A stretch of DNA of 64,000 nucleotides from Hyphomicrobiales bacterium (GTDB lineage Bacteria; Pseudomonadota; Alphaproteobacteria; JAPOUT01). Under the pieces are notes generated by a model, which was not told the origin of the DNA, ran no database searches, and saw nothing but the letters and a program-made list of their open reading frames with translations. The translations under genes were made by a program, and so were the position numbers. Below are positions 56,172-64,000 of this stretch, in pieces (the stretch's first letter is position 1; every line of letters begins with the position of its first letter). The stretch spans positions 946 through 64,945 of the forward strand of contig JAPOUT010000091.1 of NCBI GenBank assembly GCA_026708545.1. Reading direction: 5' to 3'.

Positions 56172-57134
56172 TCACAGGCCGGGAGGACCGCTTGTTTCCC
56201 CAAGCCGTTTGCGCGCATCAAGGCAGTCGAGGCGCATCTGCCGCCGAAGGGCGCCAAGGCTGCCGAACTTTTCCTCGCCGCGCAGAAATGCCATCGGGAA
56301 AACCCAGAGCCGCCGACCGTAGAGATTCCCGTCGAAGCCAAGCAAATGCGCCTCAAGAAGGGGTCGGCGGGTCTCAAACATCGGGCGCCAGCCGATATTC
56401 AGGGCCGCACGATAAGCCTTGCTCGAGGCGGTCGTCTCGATGAAAACCCATGCCGCGTAAATGCCGAATGGCAAGGCAAACGCCTCGCCGAGAGCCGAAT
56501 CCTCAAGCGGGATGTTCGCGGTGGGGAACCCGAGCTTGCGTCCACGGCCGTCACCGTAAACAACCTGCCCGCCCATGCCCCATTGGTGCCCGAGCATATC
56601 GGCGGCACCGGCGAGGTCGCCAAGGTGAAGCGCCTCGCGGATGCGCGTCGAAGAACAGGGCTTCGCATTCGCAACCACCGGCTTGACGATATCGATGTCA
56701 ATGCCGTTTTGCCCGGCGAGCCGCTGCAGGGTTTGCGCGTCACCCTGCCGCTTGTTGCCAAAGGCGAAATCGTAACCCACCGCGACGTGACGCGCACAGA
56801 GTTGCTCAACGAGGACCTCGCGTACGAAACATTCCGCCGACCGCGTCGCCATCCTTGCATCAAACGGCGCAACGACCGCAATATCAACCCCAAGTCTCTC
56901 AAGCAGGCAAAGTTTTGCACGCAAATCGGTCAGGCACGGGAGCGGCTTGTCGGGCTGAAAGTATCTGCGCGGATGCGGCGCAAACAGCAAAACGCCCAGT
57001 GGCGACTTGCGCGATTGCCGCGCCGCGTCAATGACGGCCTGGTGGCCCCGATGCACACCGTCGAAGTTGCCGATGGCGAACGCCCCGCCTTTGAGGTCGC
57101 CCGGCATTTGGGAAAAACGTCGCAACAGTCGCAT
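56172..57134 (-). CDS. ribF: Bifunctional riboflavin kinase / FMN adenylyltransferase
   Basis: AIGNFDGVHRGHQAVI (FAD synthetase) plus a C-terminal riboflavin kinase domain. Confidence 0.9.
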   Translation of the reverse strand: MRLLRRFSQMPGDLKGGAFAIGNFDGVHRGHQAVIDAARQSRKSPLGVLLFAPHPRRYFQPDKPLPCLTDLRAKLCLLERLGVDIAVVAPFDARMATRSAECFVREVLVEQLCARHVAVGYDFAFGNKRQGDAQTLQRLAGQNGIDIDIVKPVVANAKPCSSTRIREALHLGDLAGAADMLGHQWGMGGQVVYGDGRGRKLGFPTANIPLEDSALGEAFALPFGIYAAWVFIETTASSKAYRAALNIGWRPMFETRRPLLEAHLLGFDGNLYGRRLWVFPMAFLRGEEKFGSLGALRRQMRLDCLDARKRLGETSGPPGL

Positions 57135-57139
57135 AACGG

Positions 57140-58027
57140 CTACCAGGAAAGATGCGCCATTGCGGCAACGGGCTGCACGTTGTGCGCCTCGTAAAAACGC
57201 TTGAGGCGTTGCGGTGACGGCGTATGCGCATCGTCGCCGACCTCCAGGGCCGCGATACCCCCGGTGATAAAGACAGCATCAATGCCGAAATCACGCGCAC
57301 CGAGAATATCGGTTGCAATGCCGTCGCCGACGGCAAGAACGCGTTTTTTGTCGAGAATGCCTCCGACCTTGCCTTCGAGGATTTTCCATGCATGAAGATA
57401 AATATCCTTGTGTGGTTTGCCGAAGTAGCGCACCTTGCCGCCGAGTGTCTCGTACAGGCGCGCCAGCGCGCCGGCGCACGGCAGGAGATTTTCGCCGCGC
57501 TCAACGATGATGTCGGGATTTGCGCAAACCATGGGTACGGAACGCATCGCCATTCGTTGCAGCAAAGGCCGGTATCCCTCCACCTTTTCGCGCTCGTCGT
57601 CGCGAAGTCCGACACACAGGATGAACTCGGCGGCGTCTTCATTGACGGCGTTGAGGTTGCTTTCTTCAACAAAGCGCCGGTCATGCCCGGGCCCGAGGTA
57701 GAAGCACGCGCGTCCGAGACGCCCGGATGCAAGCGCCTCAAGGGTGACATCCCCGGAAGTGACCACCCCGTCGTAGAGGTCGCCGCCCGCACCGAGAGCT
57801 TCAAGCGACATGCGCGCGTAGGCGTTCAAACGAGGCGCGTTCGAGAACAACAACACGCATCCTCCGCCGTCCCGATAACGCCGCACCGCATCAAGGGCGC
57901 GGGGATGGGCGCGCTCGCCGTTGTGAATGACCCCCCAAACGTCGCACAGGATTGCGTCGTAATTGCGGGCAATGTCGCGCAGCCCCTCCAGCAAGGGGAT
58001 GTCGACGGTGGGAGCATCTAGCGTCAT
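57140..58027 (-). CDS. HAD-superfamily class IIA hydrolase (TIGR01459-like)
   Basis: ILCDVWGVIHNG motif I and the GDGIATDILGA motif IV. Confidence 0.7.
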   Translation of the reverse strand: MTLDAPTVDIPLLEGLRDIARNYDAILCDVWGVIHNGERAHPRALDAVRRYRDGGGCVLLFSNAPRLNAYARMSLEALGAGGDLYDGVVTSGDVTLEALASGRLGRACFYLGPGHDRRFVEESNLNAVNEDAAEFILCVGLRDDEREKVEGYRPLLQRMAMRSVPMVCANPDIIVERGENLLPCAGALARLYETLGGKVRYFGKPHKDIYLHAWKILEGKVGGILDKKRVLAVGDGIATDILGARDFGIDAVFITGGIAALEVGDDAHTPSPQRLKRFYEAHNVQPVAAMAHLSW

Positions 58028-58094
58028 GGTTATGCTTTCGATAGCGAGGGTTTACGATTTCGTCAAGAGAGGTTTTTATGCTATCGCTTGTAGC

Positions 58095-58550
58095 ATGGAA
58101 AAGATATTACGTTTCTTTCGGACCGAGGAGCCGTCCCCGCCTTCGCCCTGCGACGGAATGGATGCGGGGGATTTTGCCGCTATATGCCTGCTCGTCTCCG
58201 CAGCCTATATTGAGGACGGATGCGATCCTCGCGAGGAAGCCGCGCTGCGTCGAATGGCGGTTGATGGATTCAACCTGGATGCCGGTGAAGCCGAGGCGTT
58301 GTTGTCGCTGGCCGTCTCGGAAGAACAAGAAGCAAGCGATTTGTTCCGCTGGACAAAACGCGTAAACGAATCCTACGAATACGAGCGCAAAATCGGCTTG
58401 CTGGAGAAGATGTGGGAAGTTGTTGCCAGCGACGGGGTCATCGGAGACTTCGAATCCAATTTGTTGCGAAGGGTTTCGGGACTGTTGTATGTTAGCGACA
58501 AAGATGCGGGGGAAGCTCGCCGCCGAGTGCTGCTTCGAATGGAAGGATAA
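58095..58550 (+). CDS. TerB-like (tellurite-resistance TerB / DjlA N-terminal fold) protein
   Basis: Acidic helical repeat pattern (…[24 protein letters not shown]…[37 protein letters not shown]). Start at MEKILRFF. Confidence 0.5.
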   Translation: MEKILRFFRTEEPSPPSPCDGMDAGDFAAICLLVSAAYIEDGCDPREEAALRRMAVDGFNLDAGEAEALLSLAVSEEQEASDLFRWTKRVNESYEYERKIGLLEKMWEVVASDGVIGDFESNLLRRVSGLLYVSDKDAGEARRRVLLRMEG

Positions 58551-58555
58551 GAGAA

Positions 58556-58894
58556 ATGACGTTTCTGGTAACAGAGTCTTGCATTCGTTGCAAGTATACG
58601 GACTGCGTTGAGGTATGTCCGGTCGATTGCTTCTACGAGGGAGAGAATATGCTGGTCATTCATCCCGACGAATGCATTGACTGCGGCGTTTGCGTCGTCG
58701 AATGCCCTGTTGATGCCATCATTCCCGATGATGAGGACCCGGACGGCCGGTGGTTGAAATTGAACGCCGAATACTCGCAGAAATGGCCAAACATTCTCGA
58801 GAAGCACGACCCTCCCGCCGATGCCGACGACTTCAAGGAAGAATCGGACAAATTTGCCCGTTTTTTCTCCGAATCTCCCGGCGAAGGCGATTGA
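58556..58894 (+). CDS. fdxA: 7Fe ferredoxin (FdxA type)
   Basis: [19 protein letters not shown]...[12 protein letters not shown] cysteine clusters for [3Fe-4S][4Fe-4S]. Confidence 0.9.
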   Translation: MTFLVTESCIRCKYTDCVEVCPVDCFYEGENMLVIHPDECIDCGVCVVECPVDAIIPDDEDPDGRWLKLNAEYSQKWPNILEKHDPPADADDFKEESDKFARFFSESPGEGD

Positions 58895-59228
58895 ATCACC
58901 TTCGAATCACCGGCGGCATACCTCAAAATCGCTCCAAAACCGCGGGAAAACTCCTCAAATCGCCGTGAACGCTTGGCTTCCGAAGGAGAATCGGTTATAC
59001 TGCGCGCTGGGATAAACAAATAGGCGCCTTCGCGGCAACGCAAGCGGGCGCGCGTTGGGTGATAGAGGCGCAAGAATTTCAGAGATTTCCGGTGTCGGCG
59101 AAGGCAGATTCGCCGGGAATCCCCCTTCCCCACATTTCCCATCCCAGTTGGTTCCGGATTTTTCCGGCGTGTTGCTTGCCTCAAACGGCATGCGACGGAT
59201 TTTTCGATTGGTAGGTTAAGGTTAGAAC

Positions 59229-60218
59229 ATGAGCGGCACGACAACATCAAAGAAGAAAAAGAAAACAACGAACAAAAAGCGCGTTTCGAACAGTAGCAAG
59301 CCTGCGGCAAAAAAAGCGGCGAGCGGGTCGAAGCGCACGGCTTCAAGTAGGACAAGCACGAGCAGGTCGAGAGCATCGGCGCGCCGGTCGGCTACGAAGA
59401 AAACCGCGCGTGCAAAATCACGAACAAAGGCAAAAATCGGTGTAAAAGCCAAGGCCAAGAGGCCTGCAAGTTCGAAGGCCAAGGCCAAAGTTAAAGTTAA
59501 GTCAAAAACTAAAATAAAAACCAAGGTCAAAACCAAAGTAAAAGCCAAAACCAAGGTAAAGGTTAAAGCTAAAGTTAAAACCAAGTCTTCTTCGAGAAGC
59601 CGGCCGAGCACGAAGAAGGTTGCCGTCAAAAAGAAACCGTCGGCCACCAAAGCGAAAACTGCAAAGCATGCCGATATTCGGAGAGGCGGCAGTACCAAGC
59701 GGAATGATGCGCCTTTTAGGGCGGGGGAGTTCGTCGTATGCCCCCCCCATGGCGTCGGAAAGATTCTTGAAATAAGCAAGCAAACCATTGATGATACGCT
59801 CCAGGAACAGGCCAAGATTGAGTTTGAGCGTGAAAAATTCATCATGCGCATTCCACTGCTTAAGACGGAGAATGTCGGATTGCGGCGCTTATCGGAAAGA
59901 TCGGTCGTCACCAAGGCGATGGAAACTTTGCGCCGTCGCGCGCAGGTCAAGCGAACCATGTGGTCACGTCGTTCGCAAGAATACAATACGAAGATTAACT
60001 CAGGGGATTTGATCTCGATTGCCGAAGTAACGCGGGATTTGTTTCGGCCGCACCGTCAAGCCGAGCAATCTTATTCGGAGCGCCAACTATATGAGGCCGC
60101 ACTTGACCGCATCGTTCAAGAAATTGCCGTCATTCACGGCATTAGCGAAGAATCCGCCCTCAAAAGGATTGAGAACAACCTGCAACGCGCCTATGCACCG
60201 TCCGAGGTGATGGCGTAA
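59229..60218 (+). CDS. CarD/CdnL-family RNA-polymerase-binding transcription factor with a ~165-aa N-terminal Lys/Ala/Ser/Thr-rich histone-H1-like extension
   Basis: The C-terminal ~160 aa carries the CarD_CdnL_TRCF motif FRAGEFVVCPPHGVGKILEI.... The N-terminus is an uninterrupted frame of KAKAK/KTKVK repeats encoded by an AT-rich tandem repeat. Confidence 0.7.
   Translation: MSGTTTSKKKKKTTNKKRVSNSSKPAAKKAASGSKRTASSRTSTSRSRASARRSATKKTARAKSRTKAKIGVKAKAKRPASSKAKAKVKVKSKTKIKTKVKTKVKAKTKVKVKAKVKTKSSSRSRPSTKKVAVKKKPSATKAKTAKHADIRRGGSTKRNDAPFRAGEFVVCPPHGVGKILEISKQTIDDTLQEQAKIEFEREKFIMRIPLLKTENVGLRRLSERSVVTKAMETLRRRAQVKRTMWSRRSQEYNTKINSGDLISIAEVTRDLFRPHRQAEQSYSERQLYEAALDRIVQEIAVIHGISEESALKRIENNLQRAYAPSEVMA
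59440..59585 (+). repeat. AT-rich degenerate tandem repeat (aaa-gyn units) encoding KxK repeats inside the carD-like gene
   Basis: aaagttaaagttaagtcaaaaactaaaataaaaaccaaggtcaaaaccaaagtaaaagccaaaaccaaggtaaaggttaaagctaaagttaaaacc. Confidence 0.6.
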
Positions 60219-60232
60219 GGGACCGAACCCTT

Positions 60233-61273
60233 TTAGAAGCGGTCGATAACGACAAAGCCCTGTGTATTGAAATCGCTCATGTCGCTCAGGACATTGCCGG
60301 TTTCCTCGAGACTGACCGTTTTGGAAACAAGTTGCAGGGGGTCAAGCCTCCCGTCGGAAACCAATCGTAACAGTGTGTCGAGATTGTTAGCGGGCATTCC
60401 CTTGGAACCGATGAGGGAGAGTTCTCTTTCAATGATGCTGTCAACCGGAAGCGCAATGGCGTCAATGCCGTCGCTCATGCCGACCTGCACATGGCGGCCG
60501 CGCTTGCGCAGCGATAACAGGGCGTTTCTGCAAGTCTGTTCGTGTCCGAGGGCGTCAAGGGCGATGTGCGCGCCTCCCCCGGTGATGTCACGCACGGCTT
60601 CGGGGGCATCGGCAATGTCTTTGGCGTTAATGGTTGCGTAGGCGCCAAGCGTCTTGGCAAGTGCGAGCGCCTCATCGCTGATGTCGACACAAACGGGATG
60701 AGCACCGGCGGCCACGGCGATTTGCACAGCCGACAACCCCACGCCTCCGCACCCGTAGACGGCAACCCATTCGCCGGCATTGAGGTTGGCGCGCGTAACA
60801 AGTGCGTGGAAAGCCGTGATGAATCGGCAACCCATGCCTGCGGCTGCGACGTCATCAATGTTTTCGGGAAGCGTTGCGAGGTTGAAATCGGCGTGTTGGA
60901 CGGCAACATATTCGGCGAAGCCTCCCCAGTGCGAAAATCCTGGCGTGAAGGGGAAATCGCAGATATTGGAGCGTCCGGCACGGCATTGCGGGCACGTGCC
61001 TTCGCCGCCACAGAAAGGAATGAGCACACGCTCGCCTTTGGAGAAACGTGCCACTCCTCCGCCAACTTCTTCGATAATGCCGCACATTTCATGACCGAGA
61101 ACATGGGGAAGTTTGAAGAAGTCCGCCCAATGCCCTTTCCATGCATGCCAGTCGGAACGGCAGATTCCGCATGCGAGCACACGCACAATCACGCCGTGCT
61201 CGGATACATGCGGGTCGGCAACCTCGCGCACCGGCATGGGTGCGTTGTAGGCCTCAAGAAGCGCGGCTTTCAT
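60233..61273 (-). CDS. Zinc-dependent alcohol dehydrogenase (MDR family)
   Basis: GICRSDWH zinc-ligand motif and the GCGGVG Rossmann motif. 346 aa. Confidence 0.85.
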   Translation of the reverse strand: MKAALLEAYNAPMPVREVADPHVSEHGVIVRVLACGICRSDWHAWKGHWADFFKLPHVLGHEMCGIIEEVGGGVARFSKGERVLIPFCGGEGTCPQCRAGRSNICDFPFTPGFSHWGGFAEYVAVQHADFNLATLPENIDDVAAAGMGCRFITAFHALVTRANLNAGEWVAVYGCGGVGLSAVQIAVAAGAHPVCVDISDEALALAKTLGAYATINAKDIADAPEAVRDITGGGAHIALDALGHEQTCRNALLSLRKRGRHVQVGMSDGIDAIALPVDSIIERELSLIGSKGMPANNLDTLLRLVSDGRLDPLQLVSKTVSLEETGNVLSDMSDFNTQGFVVIDRF

Positions 61274-62493
61274 CGTGCACCGTCTGCAGGCTGCGCATGC
61301 TTGAAATCAACGGGTTCGCGTGACATTTCCAAATGCAGCCCGTTACCGTTGTAGGGATGGGCGCGTGCGACTTTTTCGTTTAACTCAATGCCAAGTCCCG
61401 GTGAATCAGGCGGGATGATATAGCCCTCCTCCCAGCGAAAACCTTCGCGCAAAAGCTCGCCGTGAAAACCGTCCATCTTGCCGATGCTCTCGAGTATCAA
61501 AAAGTTGGGGATGCAAGTTGCAAGTTGAATGTTTGCAGCGGCAACGATCGGGCCGCAATACAGGTGCGGAGCGATCTGCGCATGATGCACTTCCGCGAGT
61601 GCCGCAATTTTTTTGCCCTCAAAAATTCCGCCCGAGCGCCCCAGATCCGGCTGCAGAATGGATGCGGCATTGCACGAGAGCAGCCTGGCGAATTCGTACT
61701 TTGTTGTAAGTCGCTCGCCTGCCGCAACGGGAACGTCGGTGTTTGCAGCGACCTTTGCCATGGCTTCGGGCATGTCGGGCGGGACAGGCTCCTCAAACCA
61801 GAGAGGTTCGAAGGCCTCGATCCGGCGCGCCAGCCGCAAGGCCCCCGAGGGCGTGAACTGCCCGTGCGTTCCGAACAACAAATCGGCGCGTTCGCCTACG
61901 GCTTCGCGTATGAGTTGCATAAATTGTTCGCACCGTTCGAGCACGGCAGGCGTGGGTTGATCGGGTCCGAATGCGGAATATGCTCCGGCGGGGTCAAACT
62001 TTACCGCGCTGAAACCCTCCTCGACGAGCTCCGCCGCGCGCTCTGCAGACATTTGCGCATCCGCATAAAATTGCTCCGCGTCCTGTTCATCGCCGGGATA
62101 GAGGTATGTGTAACAGCGCAAACGGTCTCGAACCTTTCCGCCGAGCAGCATGTAGACGGGTTTATCGAGCGCCTTGCCGACGATGTCCCAACAGCACATC
62201 TCGAGCGCGCTAAACGCCCCCATAGTGGTTATATCGGGACGCTGCGAAAATCCCGAACCATAAACACGGCGAAACAAGCTCTCGATTTGAAACGGGCTTT
62301 CATTCAGGAAATATCGCTCAAAGACGTCCTTGATGACTCCTTCCATCACCTTGGGGCCGACGTTTGCGGCGTAGGCCTCTCCGACTCCCGTAACGCCGCA
62401 CGCCGACGTCGCTTTCACGAACAGAAAGTAACGCCCTCCCCTGCCCGGCTTGGGATTTCCGACAGTGAAGATTTCCAGATTGCCGAGACGCAT
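61270..62493 (-). CDS. Enolase-superfamily enzyme (mandelate racemase / sugar-acid dehydratase-like, e.g. mannonate/galactonate dehydratase)
   Basis: 407 aa. The N-terminal capping domain plus the (beta/alpha)7beta barrel pattern is typical of the MR/MLE family. It overlaps the ADH start by 4 nt. Confidence 0.75.
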   Translation of the reverse strand: MRLGNLEIFTVGNPKPGRGGRYFLFVKATSACGVTGVGEAYAANVGPKVMEGVIKDVFERYFLNESPFQIESLFRRVYGSGFSQRPDITTMGAFSALEMCCWDIVGKALDKPVYMLLGGKVRDRLRCYTYLYPGDEQDAEQFYADAQMSAERAAELVEEGFSAVKFDPAGAYSAFGPDQPTPAVLERCEQFMQLIREAVGERADLLFGTHGQFTPSGALRLARRIEAFEPLWFEEPVPPDMPEAMAKVAANTDVPVAAGERLTTKYEFARLLSCNAASILQPDLGRSGGIFEGKKIAALAEVHHAQIAPHLYCGPIVAAANIQLATCIPNFLILESIGKMDGFHGELLREGFRWEEGYIIPPDSPGLGIELNEKVARAHPYNGNGLHLEMSREPVDFKHAQPADGAR

Positions 62494-62586
62494 GGCTTTG
62501 ACCCTTCAAACCGTTGATGGAGCGGCAAGCATAATCCGTTTTACCGCATTTACAAGGGATGATTTGTGCCATAAATTACACATGTT

Positions 62587-63603
62587 ATGAAGACCGTATC
62601 GATTGACGAGGCGCGCGAGCGTGAGGCGCGCATTTCCGCAATAGAACTGCGCGATTTGGCCCGCCCTGAACTGGATGCTCTTGAGGCTCTGATGCGTGAG
62701 CGCATTCGATCAAGTGCGCCGCTGATACCGGAACTCTCGGAATACATGATATTCTCGGGCGGCAAACAATTGCGTGCACTAATAACGATTCTATGCGCAA
62801 AAATGTCGAATTATTCCGGTAAGGAGCATATTCGTCTGGCTGCGGCGGTCGAGTTTCTCCACAACGCAACTTTGCTGCATGACGACGTCGTTGATGAGGG
62901 AGACATGCGCCGCGGACGCGCGACGGCACGAGGCATATGGGGTAATCCGGCAAGCGTGCTGGTTGGGGATTTTTTACTTGGACGCGCATTTGAGATGATG
63001 GTTGCCTCAGGTTCGATGGAGGCGTTGCGCGTGCTTTCTCGTGCAGCCGCGTTAATCGCCGAAGGAGAAGTGATGCAGTTGGCAATCCTGGGAGATGTGG
63101 AGGCCGGTGAGGAGCAGTATTTTCGCGTGATTGAAACAAAGACGGCAACTTTGTTTTCGGCGGCGGCATCGGTTGGCGGAATTGTCGCAAATTGCAACGC
63201 GCGCGAAGTTGAATCATTGCGCGTTTACGGACACAATCTTGGTATCGCATTTCAGTTGGTGGATGACGCCCTCGATTACGGCGGCGAAAGCGCCCGCCTA
63301 GGCAAATGGGTCGGCAATGACTTCCTGCAAGGAAAAGTGACGCTTCCGATTTTATTAGCGTTCTCGCGCGGGAATGACGACGAAAAAAATTTTTGGCGCG
63401 ACAAACTTGCGGCGCAACAGCGCGGCACAGAGGACTTAAGCACGGCAATGTCACTCGTTGAAAAGCACGATGTGTTGCCGAAGGTGCTAGAAAAAGCAAA
63501 GGAGTACGGCACCATTGCACACGACTCCCTTGCTTCTTTTGAGGGAAAATACGCCGATGCCCTGCGCGGCGCCGTACGCTTTGCCACCGACCGCAAGCAT
63601 TAG
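62587..63603 (+). CDS. ispB: Polyprenyl (octaprenyl) diphosphate synthase
   Basis: LLHDDVVDEGDMRRG and FQLVDDALDYGG (two DDxxD motifs). Confidence 0.9.
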   Translation: MKTVSIDEAREREARISAIELRDLARPELDALEALMRERIRSSAPLIPELSEYMIFSGGKQLRALITILCAKMSNYSGKEHIRLAAAVEFLHNATLLHDDVVDEGDMRRGRATARGIWGNPASVLVGDFLLGRAFEMMVASGSMEALRVLSRAAALIAEGEVMQLAILGDVEAGEEQYFRVIETKTATLFSAAASVGGIVANCNAREVESLRVYGHNLGIAFQLVDDALDYGGESARLGKWVGNDFLQGKVTLPILLAFSRGNDDEKNFWRDKLAAQQRGTEDLSTAMSLVEKHDVLPKVLEKAKEYGTIAHDSLASFEGKYADALRGAVRFATDRKH

Positions 63604-63720
63604 GTAAAATTGCCGATTTTATCCGTTTTCCAACGCTTCCGATTTTGTAAATATCGGTAATCAAATGTGAAAAATTTCTATGATTCGAATCAGGCGAACG
63701 GCCTGCAAAGCGAATCATTT

Positions 63721-64000
63721 TTACAACGTTTGCAGTTCTTCCCGATACTTCCGCGCGCGCTCCATGTATCCCTGTGCAGCAGCCTCGAAGGCTTCCGCTT
63801 GCTCATCGGTGACCTGTTTCAACACACGCCCTGGAACACCCAGCACAAGGGAGCGCTCGGGAATTTTCACCCGCTCCCCCACCAATGCACCCGCGGCGAT
63901 TAAACTCTCCCGTCCAATCACCGCGCCATTCAAGATGATCGCGCCGATGCCTACCAGGCACCTCTCTTCAACCCGGCATCCATGCAAAACCGCCCGGTGT
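63721..64000 (-). CDS. Gamma-class carbonic anhydrase-like / hexapeptide-repeat protein (partial, N-terminus beyond the window end)
   Basis: The C-terminal 88 aa are shown by the listed ORF (LbH repeats ...GIGAIILNGAVIGRESLIAAGALVGERV...). The frame continues to position 64000. Confidence 0.65.
   Translation of the reverse strand, partial: HRAVLHGCRVEERCLVGIGAIILNGAVIGRESLIAAGALVGERVKIPERSLVLGVPGRVLKQVTDEQAEAFEAAAQGYMERARKYREELQTL

Overview
This is a high-GC chromosomal segment, most consistent with an alphaproteobacterium. The supporting gene context is a glnB-glnA operon, an L28 with a C-terminal extension, a DUF3035-lspA-ileS block and a zwf-pgl-edd-eda operon.

The left ~18 kb is an accessory surface-protein cluster. 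It holds two paralogous inverse autotransporters (type Ve, intimin/invasin-like N-terminal beta-barrel with long Calx-beta-like repeat passengers). One of them runs off the window start and appears frameshifted in its signal-peptide region. It also holds two paralogous classical autotransporters (type Va) in divergent orientation, separated by AT-rich spacers.

Between the two inverse autotransporter genes lies a ~3 kb AT-rich islet. It carries a solo IS200/IS605-family tnpB and a Panacea (DUF4065)-domain antitoxin-like gene. That gene's stop overlaps the start of a small 2-TM protein gene, making a candidate PanA/PanT-like toxin-antitoxin pair. A tiny coiled-coil ORF follows.

The remaining ~46 kb is core metabolism and housekeeping: rpmB, glnBA, mnmA, fructokinase and the Entner-Doudoroff operon. 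Next comes a sugar/polyol or compatible-solute catabolic locus. It has two CUT1-type ABC transporters, a GH63-like (alpha/alpha)6 hydrolase, a mannitol-dehydrogenase-family enzyme and an AGE-family isomerase, with no regulator gene in view. After that come tadA, an rluB-like gene, rsmD, an lldD-like gene, mutL, pgi, two M16 peptidases, DUF3035-lspA-ileS, ribF, a HAD hydrolase, a TerB-like gene and fdxA. Then comes a CarD/CdnL-family regulator with an unusual N-terminal lysine/alanine-rich histone-H1-like extension encoded by an AT-rich tandem repeat, an ADH, an enolase-superfamily dehydratase, ispB and a partial gamma-carbonic-anhydrase-like gene.

Many long ORFs in the supplied track are antisense artefacts of GC-rich genes and were rejected.
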